Origin: Eledone cirrhosa
Lineage: Eukaryota
Assembly (NCBI GenBank): GCA_964016885.1
Contig: OZ024755.1
Span: 15,252,001-15,316,000, forward strand
DNA length: 64,000 nucleotides
Direction of reading: 5' to 3'
The position numbers and the translations under genes were made by a program. Shown here in pieces: positions 62,419 to 64,000 of the stretch. The notes beneath the pieces are model-generated. The model had not been told where the DNA came from and ran no database searches. It was given only the letters and a program-made list of their open reading frames with translations. Numbering within the stretch: the first letter of the stretch is position 1; every line of letters begins with the position of its first letter.

Positions 62419-64000
<1,582 letters not shown>

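Overview
AT-rich, repeat-dominated animal DNA, most likely an Octopus (cephalopod) intergenic or intronic region; this is inferred from the SINE families and the kb-long TA arrays. No host protein-coding gene can be supported. Nearly all long ORFs (Y/I/M/H/C/V-rich) are translations of interrupted (TA)n arrays. The real content is: (1) a young, 5'-truncated CR1/L2-group LINE with an open 548-aa RT ORF (35.1-36.9 kb), plus fragments of a related LINE and an RTE-like 3' end; (2) about ten tRNA-derived SINEs; (3) many Penelope-like element (PLE) remnants with GIY-YIG C-termini and type I hammerhead ribozymes (HHRs), some with variant cores or long stem II inserts. The most notable pattern is a recurring architecture: (TA)n - short inverted arm - fold-back centre - long arm running to the element 3' end - (TA)n. 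It appears at scales from about 80 bp to a 2.4-kb palindrome (50035-52473). Several of the small palindromes are centred exactly on hammerhead stem II. All structures were read by eye, and boundaries are approximate to a few nt unless motif coordinates are given.
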